A stretch of 64,000 nucleotides of DNA from Rhodospirillales bacterium (GCA_030746775.1 JASLLZ010000002.1:1663-65662), one strand, 5' to 3'. Shown: positions 1 to 10,151, counted from the stretch's first letter. A program made the numbers and translations. Notes: a model not told the origin generated them from the sequence alone.

Positions 1-260
1 TCAAAGCTGAACAGTCGAAAGGCTCGATCGCCGTTGTAGTCGAGCACGCGCAGGTCGTCGCTCTCATGCAGGTCGCGAACCACGACGTTGAAGTGTCCCC
101 CATACCGGGTTTTGGCGACCTCCAAAGGAATTTCATAGGCGATGAACTTGTCGATTCCCTTCGCGGCGAGCTTCTCCAGCAGGGCCGGCGCCGTTACCGA
201 GTCGTATGAGGTGAGGATTACGAGAGGTCCGCTTCCGGTGAAAAGAATTAAGGCGATCAT
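1..260 (-). CDS. Conserved hypothetical small protein, truncated at window edge
   Basis: Hand translation: MIALILFTGSGPLVILTSYDSVTAPALLEKLAAKGIDKFIAYEIPLEVAKTRYGGHFNVVVRDLHESDDLRVLDYNGDRAFRLFSF, open to the edge; GAGGAG RBS upstream of ATG at 260; absent from the ORF track. Confidence 0.75.
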   Translation of the reverse strand, partial: MIALILFTGSGPLVILTSYDSVTAPALLEKLAAKGIDKFIAYEIPLEVAKTRYGGHFNVVVRDLHESDDLRVLDYNGDRAFRLFSF

Positions 261-507
261 GATCTGTCTCCTCTTTTCCGACATCTCCAATTTGAACCCG
301 ATTCAGGGCTCGATTGCGCCGTGGCGGCAGTCGGCGCGCGAAAAACAGATGTAGCCCGAGAGGGTTCCAACCTGCCGCCGATCAGCCGGCCGCCGGCATG
401 GATACCGCCTTCGCGCACGGCCGGCACATCGCCTCGAGGAAAGGCCGCGCGAAGGGGTCCGCCAAGACAGGCGGCCCGGGTCTAGCGAAGGGACTGACGG
501 TCGGCCG

Positions 508-786
508 TCACACTATTTCGTCCGCCATTTCCATCGTGGCTTCGTCGAACGCGGGCATGGACGATATCTTTCCGTACCCCTGCTTCGTGTACCACAGGCT
601 GAAACCGAGCATGACATAGGGGTCCGACACCTCGACGACGTCGATGAAATCGTGGACACCTTGGGTGTAGTAAACGTCCTCGATGGTGATCCCCAGTTCG
701 TCCGCCTTTGCGCGGACCGATTTCATCCTTTCCTTCTGGCGCCCGATCCAGTCCGGGCCCAGATTCCCCGCCAAGATATACTTCAT
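508..786 (-). CDS. GYD domain-containing protein
   Basis: MKYI start with AGGAGG RBS; YYTQGVHDFIDVVE resembles the GYD-family motif; about 92 aa. Confidence 0.75.
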   Translation of the reverse strand: MKYILAGNLGPDWIGRQKERMKSVRAKADELGITIEDVYYTQGVHDFIDVVEVSDPYVMLGFSLWYTKQGYGKISSMPAFDEATMEMADEIV

Positions 787-988
787 GACTGCCTCCTGAT
801 CGAGTTGCGGTATCGAAGGTTGCAAGCCAGACAACCATTTTATCACGTTGCCTCGGCATCGGCGACCGCGGCGAAACGGGCCCGAAGGCGATACGCAATG
901 CGACACGGCGGCCACCTTTCAGGGGTCGGCGTTGTGGCCGTAAGCAGACCCATGGTTTATATCTACACACCCTTGTGCCCCCGGAGGG

Positions 989-2353
989 ATGAAACGGGTG
1001 ACGGATTTGGGCGAGGCCTCAAAGCTGGGCAAGTTCGGCTGGGCGATGTTCGATTGGGCCAATCAGCCCTTCTTCACCCTTATCACCACATTTATCTTCG
1101 CGCCCTATTTCGTCTCGTTCGTGGTCGGCGACGCGGTGCGCGGCCAGGCGCTGTGGGGGTATACGCAAGGCATCGCCGGCGTCGCCGTCGCGCTTATGGC
1201 GCCGTTTCTGGGCTCCATCGCCGACGCCGGCGGCCGGCGCAAGCCATGGATCGGGGCTTTCACGGGGCTTGGCGCCGTCGCGTCGTGCGCCTTGTGGTTC
1301 GCCATCCCGGGCGCCGACGCGGGCGGCCTGGTCTTGACCATGGCGATGATCGTCGTCGCCACCATCGGCGTCGAGTTCGCCATCGTTTTCAACAACGCCA
1401 TGCTTCCCAGCCTGACCGGCGAGCGGAACATCGGCCTGCTGTCGGGGTTCGGCTGGGGCCTCGGCTACGTCGGCGGCCTCCTTGCCCTCATCGTCGTCCT
1501 GTTGGGGTTCAGCCTGCCCGAGGCGCCGCTCCTTGGCATCGACAAGGCGGCGCACGAACACGACCGGCTGGTCGGGCCGTTGTCGGGCCTGTGGTTGGCG
1601 CTGTTCGTCGTGCCCCTGTTCGTCTTCACCCCCGATGCCGAGAGCCGCGGGCTCCGGCCTCTGGCGGCGGTGCGCCAGGGCGTCGCCACCCTCGTGGAAA
1701 CGCTTCGCACGCTCGGGCGCTACCGCAACATCGCCCTCTATCTCGTGGCGCGCATGTTCTATTACGACGGCCAGTCGGCGATCTTCGCTTTCGGCGGCAT
1801 CTACGCCGCCGGCCTGTTCGGCTGGACGACGACCGAGCTTGGCCTGTTCGGCATCATCTTGATCGTCTTTGCCGCCGTCGGTGCCTTCGTCGGCGGCTGG
1901 CTCGACGACCGGCTGGGCTCGAAGCGGTTCATCACGCTCGCCGTCTTGGGCTTGATCCTCGGCACGCTGGGCGTGGTTTCGATTGCCGACGGCCGGGCGT
2001 TCTTTTTCATGGCCGTAGGCATGCCGACGGCGGCGACGGGGCTGTTCGCCTCCGAGGCCGAGCGCATTTTCCTCGCCGTCACGGTCGTGCTCGCCGTTTC
2101 GGGCGGCCCGGCCCAGGCCGCCAGCCGCACCCTGCTGGCGCGACTGGCGCCAAGCGCCATGATGGGCGAATTCTTCGGGCTCTATGCGTTGTCGGGCAAG
2201 GCGACGGCCTTCATGGCGCCCCTTTCCGTCGCCCTGTTGACCGAAGTCTTTCACAGCCAGCGCGCCGGCATTGCCGTGGTGCTTGTCTTTCTCGTCGTCG
2301 GCCTCGGATTGCTTCTATTCGTCAAGGAGGAACGCGCGCCGGCGCTCCACTAA
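989..2353 (+). CDS. MFS transporter (UMF1/ATG22-like)
   Basis: WAMFDWANQPF N-terminal motif, about 12 hydrophobic segments, GGWLDDRLGSKR loop. Confidence 0.9.
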   Translation: MKRVTDLGEASKLGKFGWAMFDWANQPFFTLITTFIFAPYFVSFVVGDAVRGQALWGYTQGIAGVAVALMAPFLGSIADAGGRRKPWIGAFTGLGAVASCALWFAIPGADAGGLVLTMAMIVVATIGVEFAIVFNNAMLPSLTGERNIGLLSGFGWGLGYVGGLLALIVVLLGFSLPEAPLLGIDKAAHEHDRLVGPLSGLWLALFVVPLFVFTPDAESRGLRPLAAVRQGVATLVETLRTLGRYRNIALYLVARMFYYDGQSAIFAFGGIYAAGLFGWTTTELGLFGIILIVFAAVGAFVGGWLDDRLGSKRFITLAVLGLILGTLGVVSIADGRAFFFMAVGMPTAATGLFASEAERIFLAVTVVLAVSGGPAQAASRTLLARLAPSAMMGEFFGLYALSGKATAFMAPLSVALLTEVFHSQRAGIAVVLVFLVVGLGLLLFVKEERAPALH

Positions 2354-2417
2354 ACGTTGAAACCTGGCCTCCGATGATCGACAATCGCCATCCCGGCCGC
2401 CAAGGAACCGACGCCCG

Positions 2418-3038
2418 ATGACCTTTCCCGACAAAAAGTTCGCCGACGTCGCCGCCTACTTCGATGCCTATGCCAAGCGTCTGGCCGCCGCCGCCGCGTC
2501 GGTCGACCGCTCCGCCCTGGCCCGGGCGGCGGCCATCCTGGACGACGCCTACGCGCGCCATGCCGGTGTTTTCGCCTGCGGCAACGGCGGCTCGGCGTCG
2601 ATCTCCAACCACCTGGTCTGCGACCACCTGAAAGGCGTTCAGACCGACACCGAGGTCAGGCCCCACGTCCATTCGCTCGCCACCAACATGGAACTCTTGA
2701 CCGCCATTGCCAACGACCTCAGCTACGATGATGTCTTCGTCTATCAGCTTCGCACCCTGGCCAAGGCGGGCGATGTTTTGATCACAATCTCGTCGTCGGG
2801 CGATTCCGAAAACGTGGTGCGGGCCGCGACGTGGGCGCAGGGCAACGGGCTCAAAGTGATCGCCTTCACCGGCTTCGACGGCGGCCGCACCGCCGGCCTG
2901 GCAACGGCCCATCTGCACGTCGCGGGCGACAACTACGGCGTCATCGAGGATGCCCACCAGTCCGTGATGCACGTCCTGGCCCAATACCTGCGCCAGGCGC
3001 GCATGAACGAAGGCCGGATCGCCCAGCGCAAGTTCTAG
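2418..3038 (+). CDS. SIS-domain phosphosugar isomerase (GmhA/DiaA-like)
   Basis: CGNGGS, TAIAND, ISSSGDSEN and EDAH motifs. Confidence 0.85.
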   Translation: MTFPDKKFADVAAYFDAYAKRLAAAAASVDRSALARAAAILDDAYARHAGVFACGNGGSASISNHLVCDHLKGVQTDTEVRPHVHSLATNMELLTAIANDLSYDDVFVYQLRTLAKAGDVLITISSSGDSENVVRAATWAQGNGLKVIAFTGFDGGRTAGLATAHLHVAGDNYGVIEDAHQSVMHVLAQYLRQARMNEGRIAQRKF

Positions 3039-3043
3039 GGTAG

Positions 3044-3082
3044 TTTATTTGTACGGCACCGGGCCGGTGCCGTATACAAAAA
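3044..3082. terminator. Bidirectional intrinsic terminator between convergent genes
   Basis: Stem TACGGCACCG (3052-3061) / CGGTGCCGTA (3065-3074), T-rich on the left and A-run on the right. Confidence 0.65.
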
Positions 3083-4654
3083 TCAGTGCCGGAAATGGCG
3101 CATGCCGGTTAGGACCATGGCGATGCCGGCGTCGTCGGCGGCGGCGATGACTTCGTCGTCGCGCATGCTGCCGCCGGGCTGAATGACCGCCGTGGCGCCG
3201 GCCTCGATGGCCGCCATCAGGCCGTCGGCGAAGGGGAAGAAGGCGTCCGACGCGGCCACCGACCCGACCGCCCGGCTTTCCGCCAGCCCCGCCGTCTCGG
3301 CGGCCTCGCTTGCTTTCCAGGCCGCGATGCGCGCCGAATCGACGCGGCTCATCTGGCCCGCCCCGACGCCGACCGTGGCGCCGTCCTTGGCGTAGACGAT
3401 GGCGTTCGACTTGACGTGCTTGGCGACCGTGAAGGCGAAGCGCAAGTCGGCCATCTCGGCGTCGTTTGGCGCGCGCTTGGTGACCACCTTCAAGGCCTCC
3501 GCGGTCAGCGCCGCGTCGCGTCCCTGAAGCAAGTAGCCGCCGGCGAGTGAGCGCAGCACCATCCCGGCGCCGCCCGCATCGGGCATGGCGCCGGTGACCA
3601 GCACGCGCAGGTTTTTCTTGGCCGCCAGGACGGCGCGGGCGTCGGCGTCGATCTCGGGCGCGATGACGACCTCGGCGAACAGCTTGGCGATTTCGCCGGC
3701 CGTGGCGCCGTCGAGGGCGCGGTTGACGGCGATGATGCCGCCAAACGCGCTCACCGGATCGCATGCCAGGGCCTTGGCATAGGCCTGGCCCAGGCTGTCG
3801 GCCATGGCCGTCCCACAGGGGTTGGCGTGTTTGATGATGGCGCAGGCCGGTGCCTCGAATTCGGCCACCAGTTCGAAGGCGGCGTCGGTGTCGCCCAGGT
3901 TGTTGAAGCTCAGTTCCTTGCCTTGGATCTGCTCGGCCGCCGCCACCCCGGGCCGGGCCTCGCCGCCGACGTAGAGCGCCGCGTCCTGGTGCGGGTTCTC
4001 GCCATAGCGCAGGCGCTGTTTCAAGGTGCCGGCGAAGGCCATGCGGCCGGGGAAAGGCTCGCCAAGGACGCCGTTGAACCAGGTCGCGATGGCGGCGTCG
4101 TAGGCCCCCGTTCGGGCATAGGCGGCGGCGGCCAGGCGGCGGCGGAACTCAAGGCTCGTGGCGCCGTCGCCCGCCGTCATCTCGTCGATCACGGATTGGT
4201 AGTCGCCGGGGTCGACGACCACCGTCACCCGGTCGTGGTTCTTGGCGGCGGCGCGGATCAGGGCCGGGCCGCCGATATCGATGTTTTCGATCGCGGTGGC
4301 GAAGTCGGCGCCGCCCGCCACCGTCGCCTCGAAGGGATAAAGATTGACCACCAGCAGGTCGATCGGCGCGATGGCGTGGGTTTTCATCGCCGCCGCGTGC
4401 TCGGCGTTGTCCTCGATGCCGAGAAGGCCGCCGTGGATCGCCGGGTGCAGGGTCTTGACCCGGCCATCCATGATTTCGGGGAAACCGGTGTGGTCGGAGA
4501 CCTCGGTCACCGGGACGCCGGCGTCGCTCAGGGCCTTGGCCGAGCCTCCGGTGGACAGAATCTCAACGGCATGCTGAGCCAAAAAGCGGCCGAACTCGGC
4601 AAGGCCGCTCTTGTCGGACACCGAGATCAGGGCACGGCGGATCTTATGGGACAT
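3083..4654 (-). CDS. purH: Bifunctional AICAR transformylase/IMP cyclohydrolase
   Basis: [40 protein letters not shown] and C-terminal RHFRH motifs. Confidence 0.98.
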   Translation of the reverse strand: MSHKIRRALISVSDKSGLAEFGRFLAQHAVEILSTGGSAKALSDAGVPVTEVSDHTGFPEIMDGRVKTLHPAIHGGLLGIEDNAEHAAAMKTHAIAPIDLLVVNLYPFEATVAGGADFATAIENIDIGGPALIRAAAKNHDRVTVVVDPGDYQSVIDEMTAGDGATSLEFRRRLAAAAYARTGAYDAAIATWFNGVLGEPFPGRMAFAGTLKQRLRYGENPHQDAALYVGGEARPGVAAAEQIQGKELSFNNLGDTDAAFELVAEFEAPACAIIKHANPCGTAMADSLGQAYAKALACDPVSAFGGIIAVNRALDGATAGEIAKLFAEVVIAPEIDADARAVLAAKKNLRVLVTGAMPDAGGAGMVLRSLAGGYLLQGRDAALTAEALKVVTKRAPNDAEMADLRFAFTVAKHVKSNAIVYAKDGATVGVGAGQMSRVDSARIAAWKASEAAETAGLAESRAVGSVAASDAFFPFADGLMAAIEAGATAVIQPGGSMRDDEVIAAADDAGIAMVLTGMRHFRH

Positions 4655-4732
4655 GGGCGGGCGACCTCGATTTCATAAGCGGGAGCACAGAGGGGATATA
4701 GCAAACCCGGCCCCCGTCGGACCAGCGTCATT

Positions 4733-6646
4733 TCACTCCGATGCATCGGCTCGCCAGGGATCGTATTCCGGCACCAGGGCGCGCATCATCGCCGTGACGC
4801 GGTCGGGGTCGGGCCGGCGCGCGGCATCGGCCAGGTCGGCGATGGCGCGGGCCAGCTCGGCGCCGTCGGCGAGGCGCGGCGACGCCAACAAGATGCCCTT
4901 GCATTGAGTCGCCACCAGGGGCTCGCCGCCGTGGAACGTTTCCTCGGCCAGTTTTTCGCCCGGGCGCGCGCCGACGATGTCGATCTTGATGTCGATCCCG
5001 GGGCGCAGGCCGGCCAGGCGGATGACCTGCTTGGCAAGGTCCAGGATGCGCACCGGCTCGCCCATGTCGAGGACGAAAATCTTGCCCTCGTGGCGCGCCC
5101 CTTCGCCGCCCAGGGCCGAGGCCTGGAGGATCAGCTCCACGGCCTCCCTGACGGTCATGAAAAAGCGCGTCATGGCGGCATCGGTGACGGTCAGGGGCCC
5201 GCCCTGGGCAAGCTGCTTTTGAAACAAGGGCACCACCGAGCCGGTGGAGCCCAGGACATTGCCGAAGCGGACGGTGACGAAGCGCGTTCCGTCGCCGTTA
5301 CCCCGTTCGACATCCAAGGCCTGGCAGTAGGACTCGGCGATGCGCTTGGTGGCGCCCATGACGCTGGTCGGATTGACCGCCTTGTCGGTCGACACCATCA
5401 CCATCAGCGGCGTTGCCGCCTGGCGGCAGGCGTCGGCCACGTTGACGGTGCCGACGACGTTGGTCATGACCCCTTCGGCGGCATTGGTCTCGACCAGGGG
5501 CACGTGTTTCAGCGCCGCGGCGTGGAAGACGATGTCCGGCGCCGCATCGCCGATGAGCCGAATAAGGCGGTCGCGGTCGCGGACGTCGCCCAGTTGGGCA
5601 TGGCGTGAAATCCCGGGCCGGCGCCCGGCCAACTCCAGATCGATGGCATAGAGGTTGAACTCCGAGTTATCGAGGAGCGACAGGTGGGCCGGCGAGAAAT
5701 CCGCCACCTGGCGCACCAGCTCGCCGCCGATGCTGCCCCCGGCGCCGGTCACCAGGACGCGCCTGCCTTCGATCAGGCGCCCCATGGCGTCCCGGTCCAG
5801 AGGCGTCTGCGGGCGGCCCAGCAGGTCCTCGATGGCGACCGGCTTGACTTCCAGTTCGTCGGCGATGCCGCTCTTGAAGTCGGTCAGGCGCGGCAGCCGG
5901 GCCAGGGTCATGCCCAGAACCTCGGCGGTGTCCAAAAGTGCCGCCACCTTGGCCCCTTCGATGTCATCCTTGGTCAGGATCAGGCGTTGCGGGCGGGCGC
6001 CCCGTTCGTTCAACGACGCGACGACGCCCGGGATGGCGTCCAGGGTCCCCAGTACCTCGACGCCGTGGATGCGTTGGCCGACCCGGTTGTGGCGCTCGGA
6101 AACGATTCCGGCAATGGAGTAGTTGGCGCCGTGCTGGCGCGCCAGGGCGCGGATGAACAGTTCGGCGCCGTCTTCCGAGCCGACCAGAAGGACCGGGATG
6201 CGGCGCCGGCCTTCTTCCTCCAAACGCCATTCGAAGCGGCGGTCCTTGATCAAGCGATAGAGAAAGCGTGGCCCGCCCAGCATCGCCATCAAAACGAACC
6301 AGTTGATGACCAAGAGCGACCGGGGCAGCGCCTCGAGGCGCGTCCACAAGAACATGACAAGGAGGAAGAGGAGGACGGCGAGCGTCGTCGAGCGGGCGAT
6401 CGCCACCAGGTCGTTGAGCGACGCATAGCGCCACACGCCGCGGTAAAGGCCCATGAACCAAGAGACCGCGGCCGCGACCACGGTGAACAGGACGGTTCCC
6501 TGTACCAGGAGCGTCGGCGAGTAGATGTAAAGTTCGTCGCCAAGCCGAAGATAGAGCGACAGCGCGAACGAGCCCGCCGCCATCACGATGTCGTGGACGA
6601 AAGCCATCGAGGGGCGATTCAAACGCGGCAGCCATGACGGCATCAT
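4733..6646 (-). CDS. Membrane-bound UDP-GlcNAc 4,6-dehydratase (CapD/PglF/WbpM family)
   Basis: N-terminal TM helices; TGAGGSIG, HAAALKHVP, STDKAVNP, RFGNVLGSTGSV motifs. Confidence 0.93.
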   Translation of the reverse strand: MMPSWLPRLNRPSMAFVHDIVMAAGSFALSLYLRLGDELYIYSPTLLVQGTVLFTVVAAAVSWFMGLYRGVWRYASLNDLVAIARSTTLAVLLFLLVMFLWTRLEALPRSLLVINWFVLMAMLGGPRFLYRLIKDRRFEWRLEEEGRRRIPVLLVGSEDGAELFIRALARQHGANYSIAGIVSERHNRVGQRIHGVEVLGTLDAIPGVVASLNERGARPQRLILTKDDIEGAKVAALLDTAEVLGMTLARLPRLTDFKSGIADELEVKPVAIEDLLGRPQTPLDRDAMGRLIEGRRVLVTGAGGSIGGELVRQVADFSPAHLSLLDNSEFNLYAIDLELAGRRPGISRHAQLGDVRDRDRLIRLIGDAAPDIVFHAAALKHVPLVETNAAEGVMTNVVGTVNVADACRQAATPLMVMVSTDKAVNPTSVMGATKRIAESYCQALDVERGNGDGTRFVTVRFGNVLGSTGSVVPLFQKQLAQGGPLTVTDAAMTRFFMTVREAVELILQASALGGEGARHEGKIFVLDMGEPVRILDLAKQVIRLAGLRPGIDIKIDIVGARPGEKLAEETFHGGEPLVATQCKGILLASPRLADGAELARAIADLADAARRPDPDRVTAMMRALVPEYDPWRADASE

Positions 6647-7614
6647 TGAGACGTTTCTCCTTCCCCTCGCGCCTGGAACCAGGCCGCCGTCTCGCTCAGG
6701 CCCTGGGTCAGGGTAAACGGCGGCGTCCAGCCGAGCTGGCGGCGGATTTTTCCGTCATCGACCACCAGGCTGTCAAGCAAACGAGCGACTGTGGCCGATT
6801 TGCCGACGGCACTGCCGGCCAGCCTCAGGATACCCCCCGGCATGGAAAACAGCCGCGCCGGCCGGCCCAGGGCTTGGGCGGTGTGACGCACAAGCTCGGC
6901 CGTGGAAACATCCTCGCCGTCGCTGAGCAAATACGTCTCGCCGACGGCCGCCGGATGATCCAAGCAGCCCACGATGGCATCGGCCAGGTTGCCGACAAAG
7001 ATCAGGCTGCGCCGGTTGGCCGCCCCCGCCAAGGGCAAGGGCGTCCGGGCCTGGCAAACCTTGAGCAAGGCCAGAAAATTGCCCCCGACGCCGGGCCCGT
7101 ATACCAACGGCGGCCTCAAGATCACGGCCTCCAGGCCGGTGCGCCGGGCGATCGCGGCCAAGCCCGTCTCCGCTTCCGACTTGGAAACCGCGTAGGGGTC
7201 GGCGGGGGTCGGCGTATCGCTCTCGCGAAAGGGCGCCGCCGCCGTCCGTTCGCCGTTTACCTTGACGGTGCTGAGAAAGACAAAGCGTCCGACGCCGGCC
7301 GCCCCCGCCGCCTCGGCAAGGCGGAGCGTGCCTTCGGTATTGGCTTGGCGGTGCCGTTGGGCGGCGTCGGCGGTGTCGTCCATTACATGGACCCGTGCCG
7401 CCAGGTGGACCACCGCCTGGACGCCGCCAAGGGCCGGACGCCAGTCGGTCCGGGGGCCGAGGGGGCTGGTGACGTGGACGTCATCGACATCAAGGCCCTG
7501 CACCGCCGCCTTCTCGCGCGTCGTGATAGCGACCCGGTATCCGGCGGCGCGCAACACCGGGCATAGGGCGCGGCCGACAAATCCGCTAGCGCCGGTGACA
7601 AGGATGCTTTTCAT
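6643..7614 (-). CDS. NAD-dependent epimerase/reductase (WbpV/WbpK-like)
   Basis: TGASGFVG, HLAARVH, YAVSK, RPPLVYG motifs; ATGA overlaps with both neighbours. Confidence 0.88.
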   Translation of the reverse strand: MKSILVTGASGFVGRALCPVLRAAGYRVAITTREKAAVQGLDVDDVHVTSPLGPRTDWRPALGGVQAVVHLAARVHVMDDTADAAQRHRQANTEGTLRLAEAAGAAGVGRFVFLSTVKVNGERTAAAPFRESDTPTPADPYAVSKSEAETGLAAIARRTGLEAVILRPPLVYGPGVGGNFLALLKVCQARTPLPLAGAANRRSLIFVGNLADAIVGCLDHPAAVGETYLLSDGEDVSTAELVRHTAQALGRPARLFSMPGGILRLAGSAVGKSATVARLLDSLVVDDGKIRRQLGWTPPFTLTQGLSETAAWFQARGEGETSQ

Positions 7615-8867
7615 GACGGCTGAAGGGCCGCCACTTCGCCGCCCCGCCCCTGGGCCGCCAGGTCAAGGACCCCGATCATCTGGCGGGCCTGGCGTTCACG
7701 GGTGTGCAGCGGCGCGGCGGCCAGGCTGCGCTCGCCATAAGCGCGGCGCAAGGTGTCGTCTTCAAACAGTTTCATTGTGGCCCGGGCCAGGGCGTCCGGG
7801 TCCTCGGCGGGAACCCAGATGCCGGCCTGGTCGGTGGCCAGGATGCGGCTTGCCTCGCCGTCGGGCGAGGCCACCATCAGGGGCAGGCCCATGCCCATGG
7901 CCTCGAACATCTTGGACGGGATGACCTCACGGAAGACGGGTGAATTCCTTAAATGCACCAGCGCCACGTCGCACAGGCTCCACACCGCCGCGATATCGTC
8001 CTTCGGCTGCGGCGGCATGAAGATCACGTTGTCGAGTCTTCTTTGCCGGGCCTCGGTCATCAGCTTGGTGCGTTCGGCGCCCGATCCGACAAGTATGAAG
8101 CGCAGGCGCTCGACGTGGCGCATGCGGTCCGCCGCGTCAAGGACGCTGCCCAGCGCATGGGCCATGCCGTGGGTGCCGACGTAGCCGACCACGAAACACC
8201 CCTCCAGGCCCCACATTTCGGCCAGCCCCTTGTCGCGCGGACGCGGGCCATAACGCGACAGGTCGACACCGTTGACGACGACGGCGATCTTGGCGGGCGA
8301 GGTGCCGCGCGCCGTCAGGTTTTCCTTGAAGGCGCCGGTCAGCGCGACGACGCATTCCGAACGCCGGTAAAGATAAAGCTCGAGCTTCTCCATCATCCTC
8401 AGCGACAACCCTTCGTGCAGCGCGCCGACGGCGACGATCGACGCCGGCCACAGGTCGCCGAGTTCGAAAACGAAGGGGACATTGCGCGCCGCGCCAAGCC
8501 CCCAGCCCGCCACGGCGGCGAAGAACTGGGGCGAGGTGGCGACGATGACGTCGGGCCAGGACTCGCGTAGCCCGGCGGCGAAGCCGGTCGCCATAAAGCT
8601 GAGGAAATCGAGTGTCCTGAGAACCACCCCTTCGTTGCGGGTGATGAAGGTCTTGACCCGCACGACGCGGATGCCCGACATCTCCTCGCTCTGACGCCAC
8701 AGGTTTTCGTATCCGGGGAAGAGCTTGCCGCGCGGAAAGTTGGGGGCGCAGGTCACCACGGTGACGCGGTGACCCCAATCGACCCAAAAGCAGGCACGCT
8801 CGTAAACGCGGGTTGCGGCGGCGTTGGTTTCGGGCGGGAAATTCTCGGTCAGGAACAGGATGTGCAT
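7611..8867 (-). CDS. Glycosyltransferase family 4 (WbuB-like)
   Basis: True start taken at MHILFLTENFPPE; PSKMFEAMGMGLP motif. Confidence 0.9.
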   Translation of the reverse strand: MHILFLTENFPPETNAAATRVYERACFWVDWGHRVTVVTCAPNFPRGKLFPGYENLWRQSEEMSGIRVVRVKTFITRNEGVVLRTLDFLSFMATGFAAGLRESWPDVIVATSPQFFAAVAGWGLGAARNVPFVFELGDLWPASIVAVGALHEGLSLRMMEKLELYLYRRSECVVALTGAFKENLTARGTSPAKIAVVVNGVDLSRYGPRPRDKGLAEMWGLEGCFVVGYVGTHGMAHALGSVLDAADRMRHVERLRFILVGSGAERTKLMTEARQRRLDNVIFMPPQPKDDIAAVWSLCDVALVHLRNSPVFREVIPSKMFEAMGMGLPLMVASPDGEASRILATDQAGIWVPAEDPDALARATMKLFEDDTLRRAYGERSLAAAPLHTRERQARQMIGVLDLAAQGRGGEVAALQPS

Positions 8868-8869
8868 GG

Positions 8870-9898
8870 TTATCGCCGTTGGTCGGGATCCGGGGCCGCC
8901 GGCCCCTTCATGCCCGGCCCCAAGTGGAAAAGCAACGCCCAGACCACCGCCGCCGCGCCGCCAAGGGCGGGCCAGGGCCAGCCAAGGGCGGCCACGACGG
9001 CGAGGGCGATCAGGCCCAGGTTGGCGATTACGACGGCGCCGACGACGGCACCGTGGCGCCGGCCCCGTTGCACGGCGCGCTGGTAGAAATGCTCGCGATG
9101 GGCGCGCCACACGGCGGCGCCGCGCAGGCCCCGTCTGACCAGGGTGATCGACGCATCGGCCAGGTAGTAAAGGGGCAGAATCAGGGCCGGAGCCCAATAT
9201 CCCTGGGCCGCGAGATCAAGCAGAAGCCAGCCCAGCAGAAAGCCCAGGGGAACGCTGCCGACGTCGCCCAAGAAGATGCGCGCCGGCTGCCAGTTCCACC
9301 ACAAAAAACCAAGCGCCGCGGCGATGGCGGCCAGTCCATACAGCGCCGTGGCGTCGTCCATGCCGGCGATTACGGCAACCACCGCGACGCCGGCGCCGAG
9401 CGATGCGGTCTCGGCCCCGGCCAGGCCGTCGATGCCGTCCATGAAATTGAACAGATTGATGAACCAGAGCCACAACAGGCCGGCGGCGGCTCCATCCATG
9501 CCGGCCGGCAGAAGGCCGCCAAAATAGGCTCCGCCGCCCGGCGACGCCAACAGAACGGCGGCCACCGCGGCGGCCTGAAATGCCAGCCGCCCCGCCACCG
9601 GCAAACCCTTGAGATCGTCGATCCACGACACGACGCCAAGTCCGAGCGCGGCGCCGCACAGGACGAAGCCGGCGCGCGCCTGATCGGCGCCGGCGGCGGA
9701 CCCGATGGCGAGCCAGGCAAGGATCAGGACGGAGACGACGGCAAGGCCGCCGCCGCGCGGCGTCGCCACCCGGTGGCTGCTGCGTTCGTTGGGCAGATCG
9801 AGGATCGCCCGGCGCCGCAGAAGCCACAGGACAAGTCCCGTGCCGACGACAGAGGCGGCGAGCACGGCAAGGAAGAAAACGGCGGCGAACCAGCCCAT
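8870..9898 (-). CDS. Undecaprenyl-phosphate sugar-1-phosphate transferase (MraY/WecA/WbpL family)
   Basis: PNERSSH..TPRGGG, DD, NLFNFMDGIDG, IFLGDVGS, AHREHFYQR motifs. Confidence 0.92.
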   Translation of the reverse strand: MGWFAAVFFLAVLAASVVGTGLVLWLLRRRAILDLPNERSSHRVATPRGGGLAVVSVLILAWLAIGSAAGADQARAGFVLCGAALGLGVVSWIDDLKGLPVAGRLAFQAAAVAAVLLASPGGGAYFGGLLPAGMDGAAAGLLWLWFINLFNFMDGIDGLAGAETASLGAGVAVVAVIAGMDDATALYGLAAIAAALGFLWWNWQPARIFLGDVGSVPLGFLLGWLLLDLAAQGYWAPALILPLYYLADASITLVRRGLRGAAVWRAHREHFYQRAVQRGRRHGAVVGAVVIANLGLIALAVVAALGWPWPALGGAAAVVWALLFHLGPGMKGPAAPDPDQRR

Positions 9899-9904
9899 GA
9901 CGAG

Positions 9905-9910
9905 AGTCTA
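9905..9910 (-). promoter_or_regulatory. Putative -10 element of a leaderless promoter
   Basis: TAGACT followed by 6 nt and the ATG at 9898; no Shine-Dalgarno sequence. Confidence 0.4.
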
Positions 9911-9926
9911 CCCCGAACCCGGCAAC

Positions 9927-9950
9927 AAAAAAACCGCCCCGAAAGGCGGT
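9927..9950 (-). terminator. Intrinsic terminator
   Basis: Minus strand ACCGCC-TTTCGG-GGCGGT followed by a T-run (A7 at 9927-9933 on the plus strand). Confidence 0.8.
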
Positions 9951-10020
9951 GTAAGGCAATCGCATTCAGGCGCCGCCCCCATTCCGTCACCTTGGAAACC
10001 GCGCCCCGGAATAATGTGGA

Positions 10021-10151
10021 ACCACAGAGGCACAGAGGCACAGAGGCACGGAGGAGACAGGACACAAAAGCGAAAGCAGGCATTTTTTAGAATCCGGCGC
10101 GGAGCGCCATCCTTTCTCCTTTTATTCTCTGTGCCTCTGTGCCTCTGTGGT
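10021..10151. repeat. Perfect 25-bp inverted repeat built from CACAGAGG octamers, 81-bp spacer
   Basis: ACCACAGAGGCACAGAGGCACAGAG (10021-10045) and its exact reverse complement (10127-10151). Confidence 0.95.

Noticed and set aside
790-985. Possible riboswitch between the GYD and MFS genes
   Set aside because: Only generic GC-rich pairing; no recognisable aptamer consensus
7611-9197. Long N-terminal extensions in the ORF track (also 10265-12109, 25952-27364, 32850-34502, 42156-43637, 54931-56001) as gene fusions
   Set aside because: The extensions overlap upstream genes in another frame; downstream starts match family N-termini
10021-10054. Tandem CACAGAGG repeats as a CRISPR array
   Set aside because: 8-bp units with no spacers, and no cas genes
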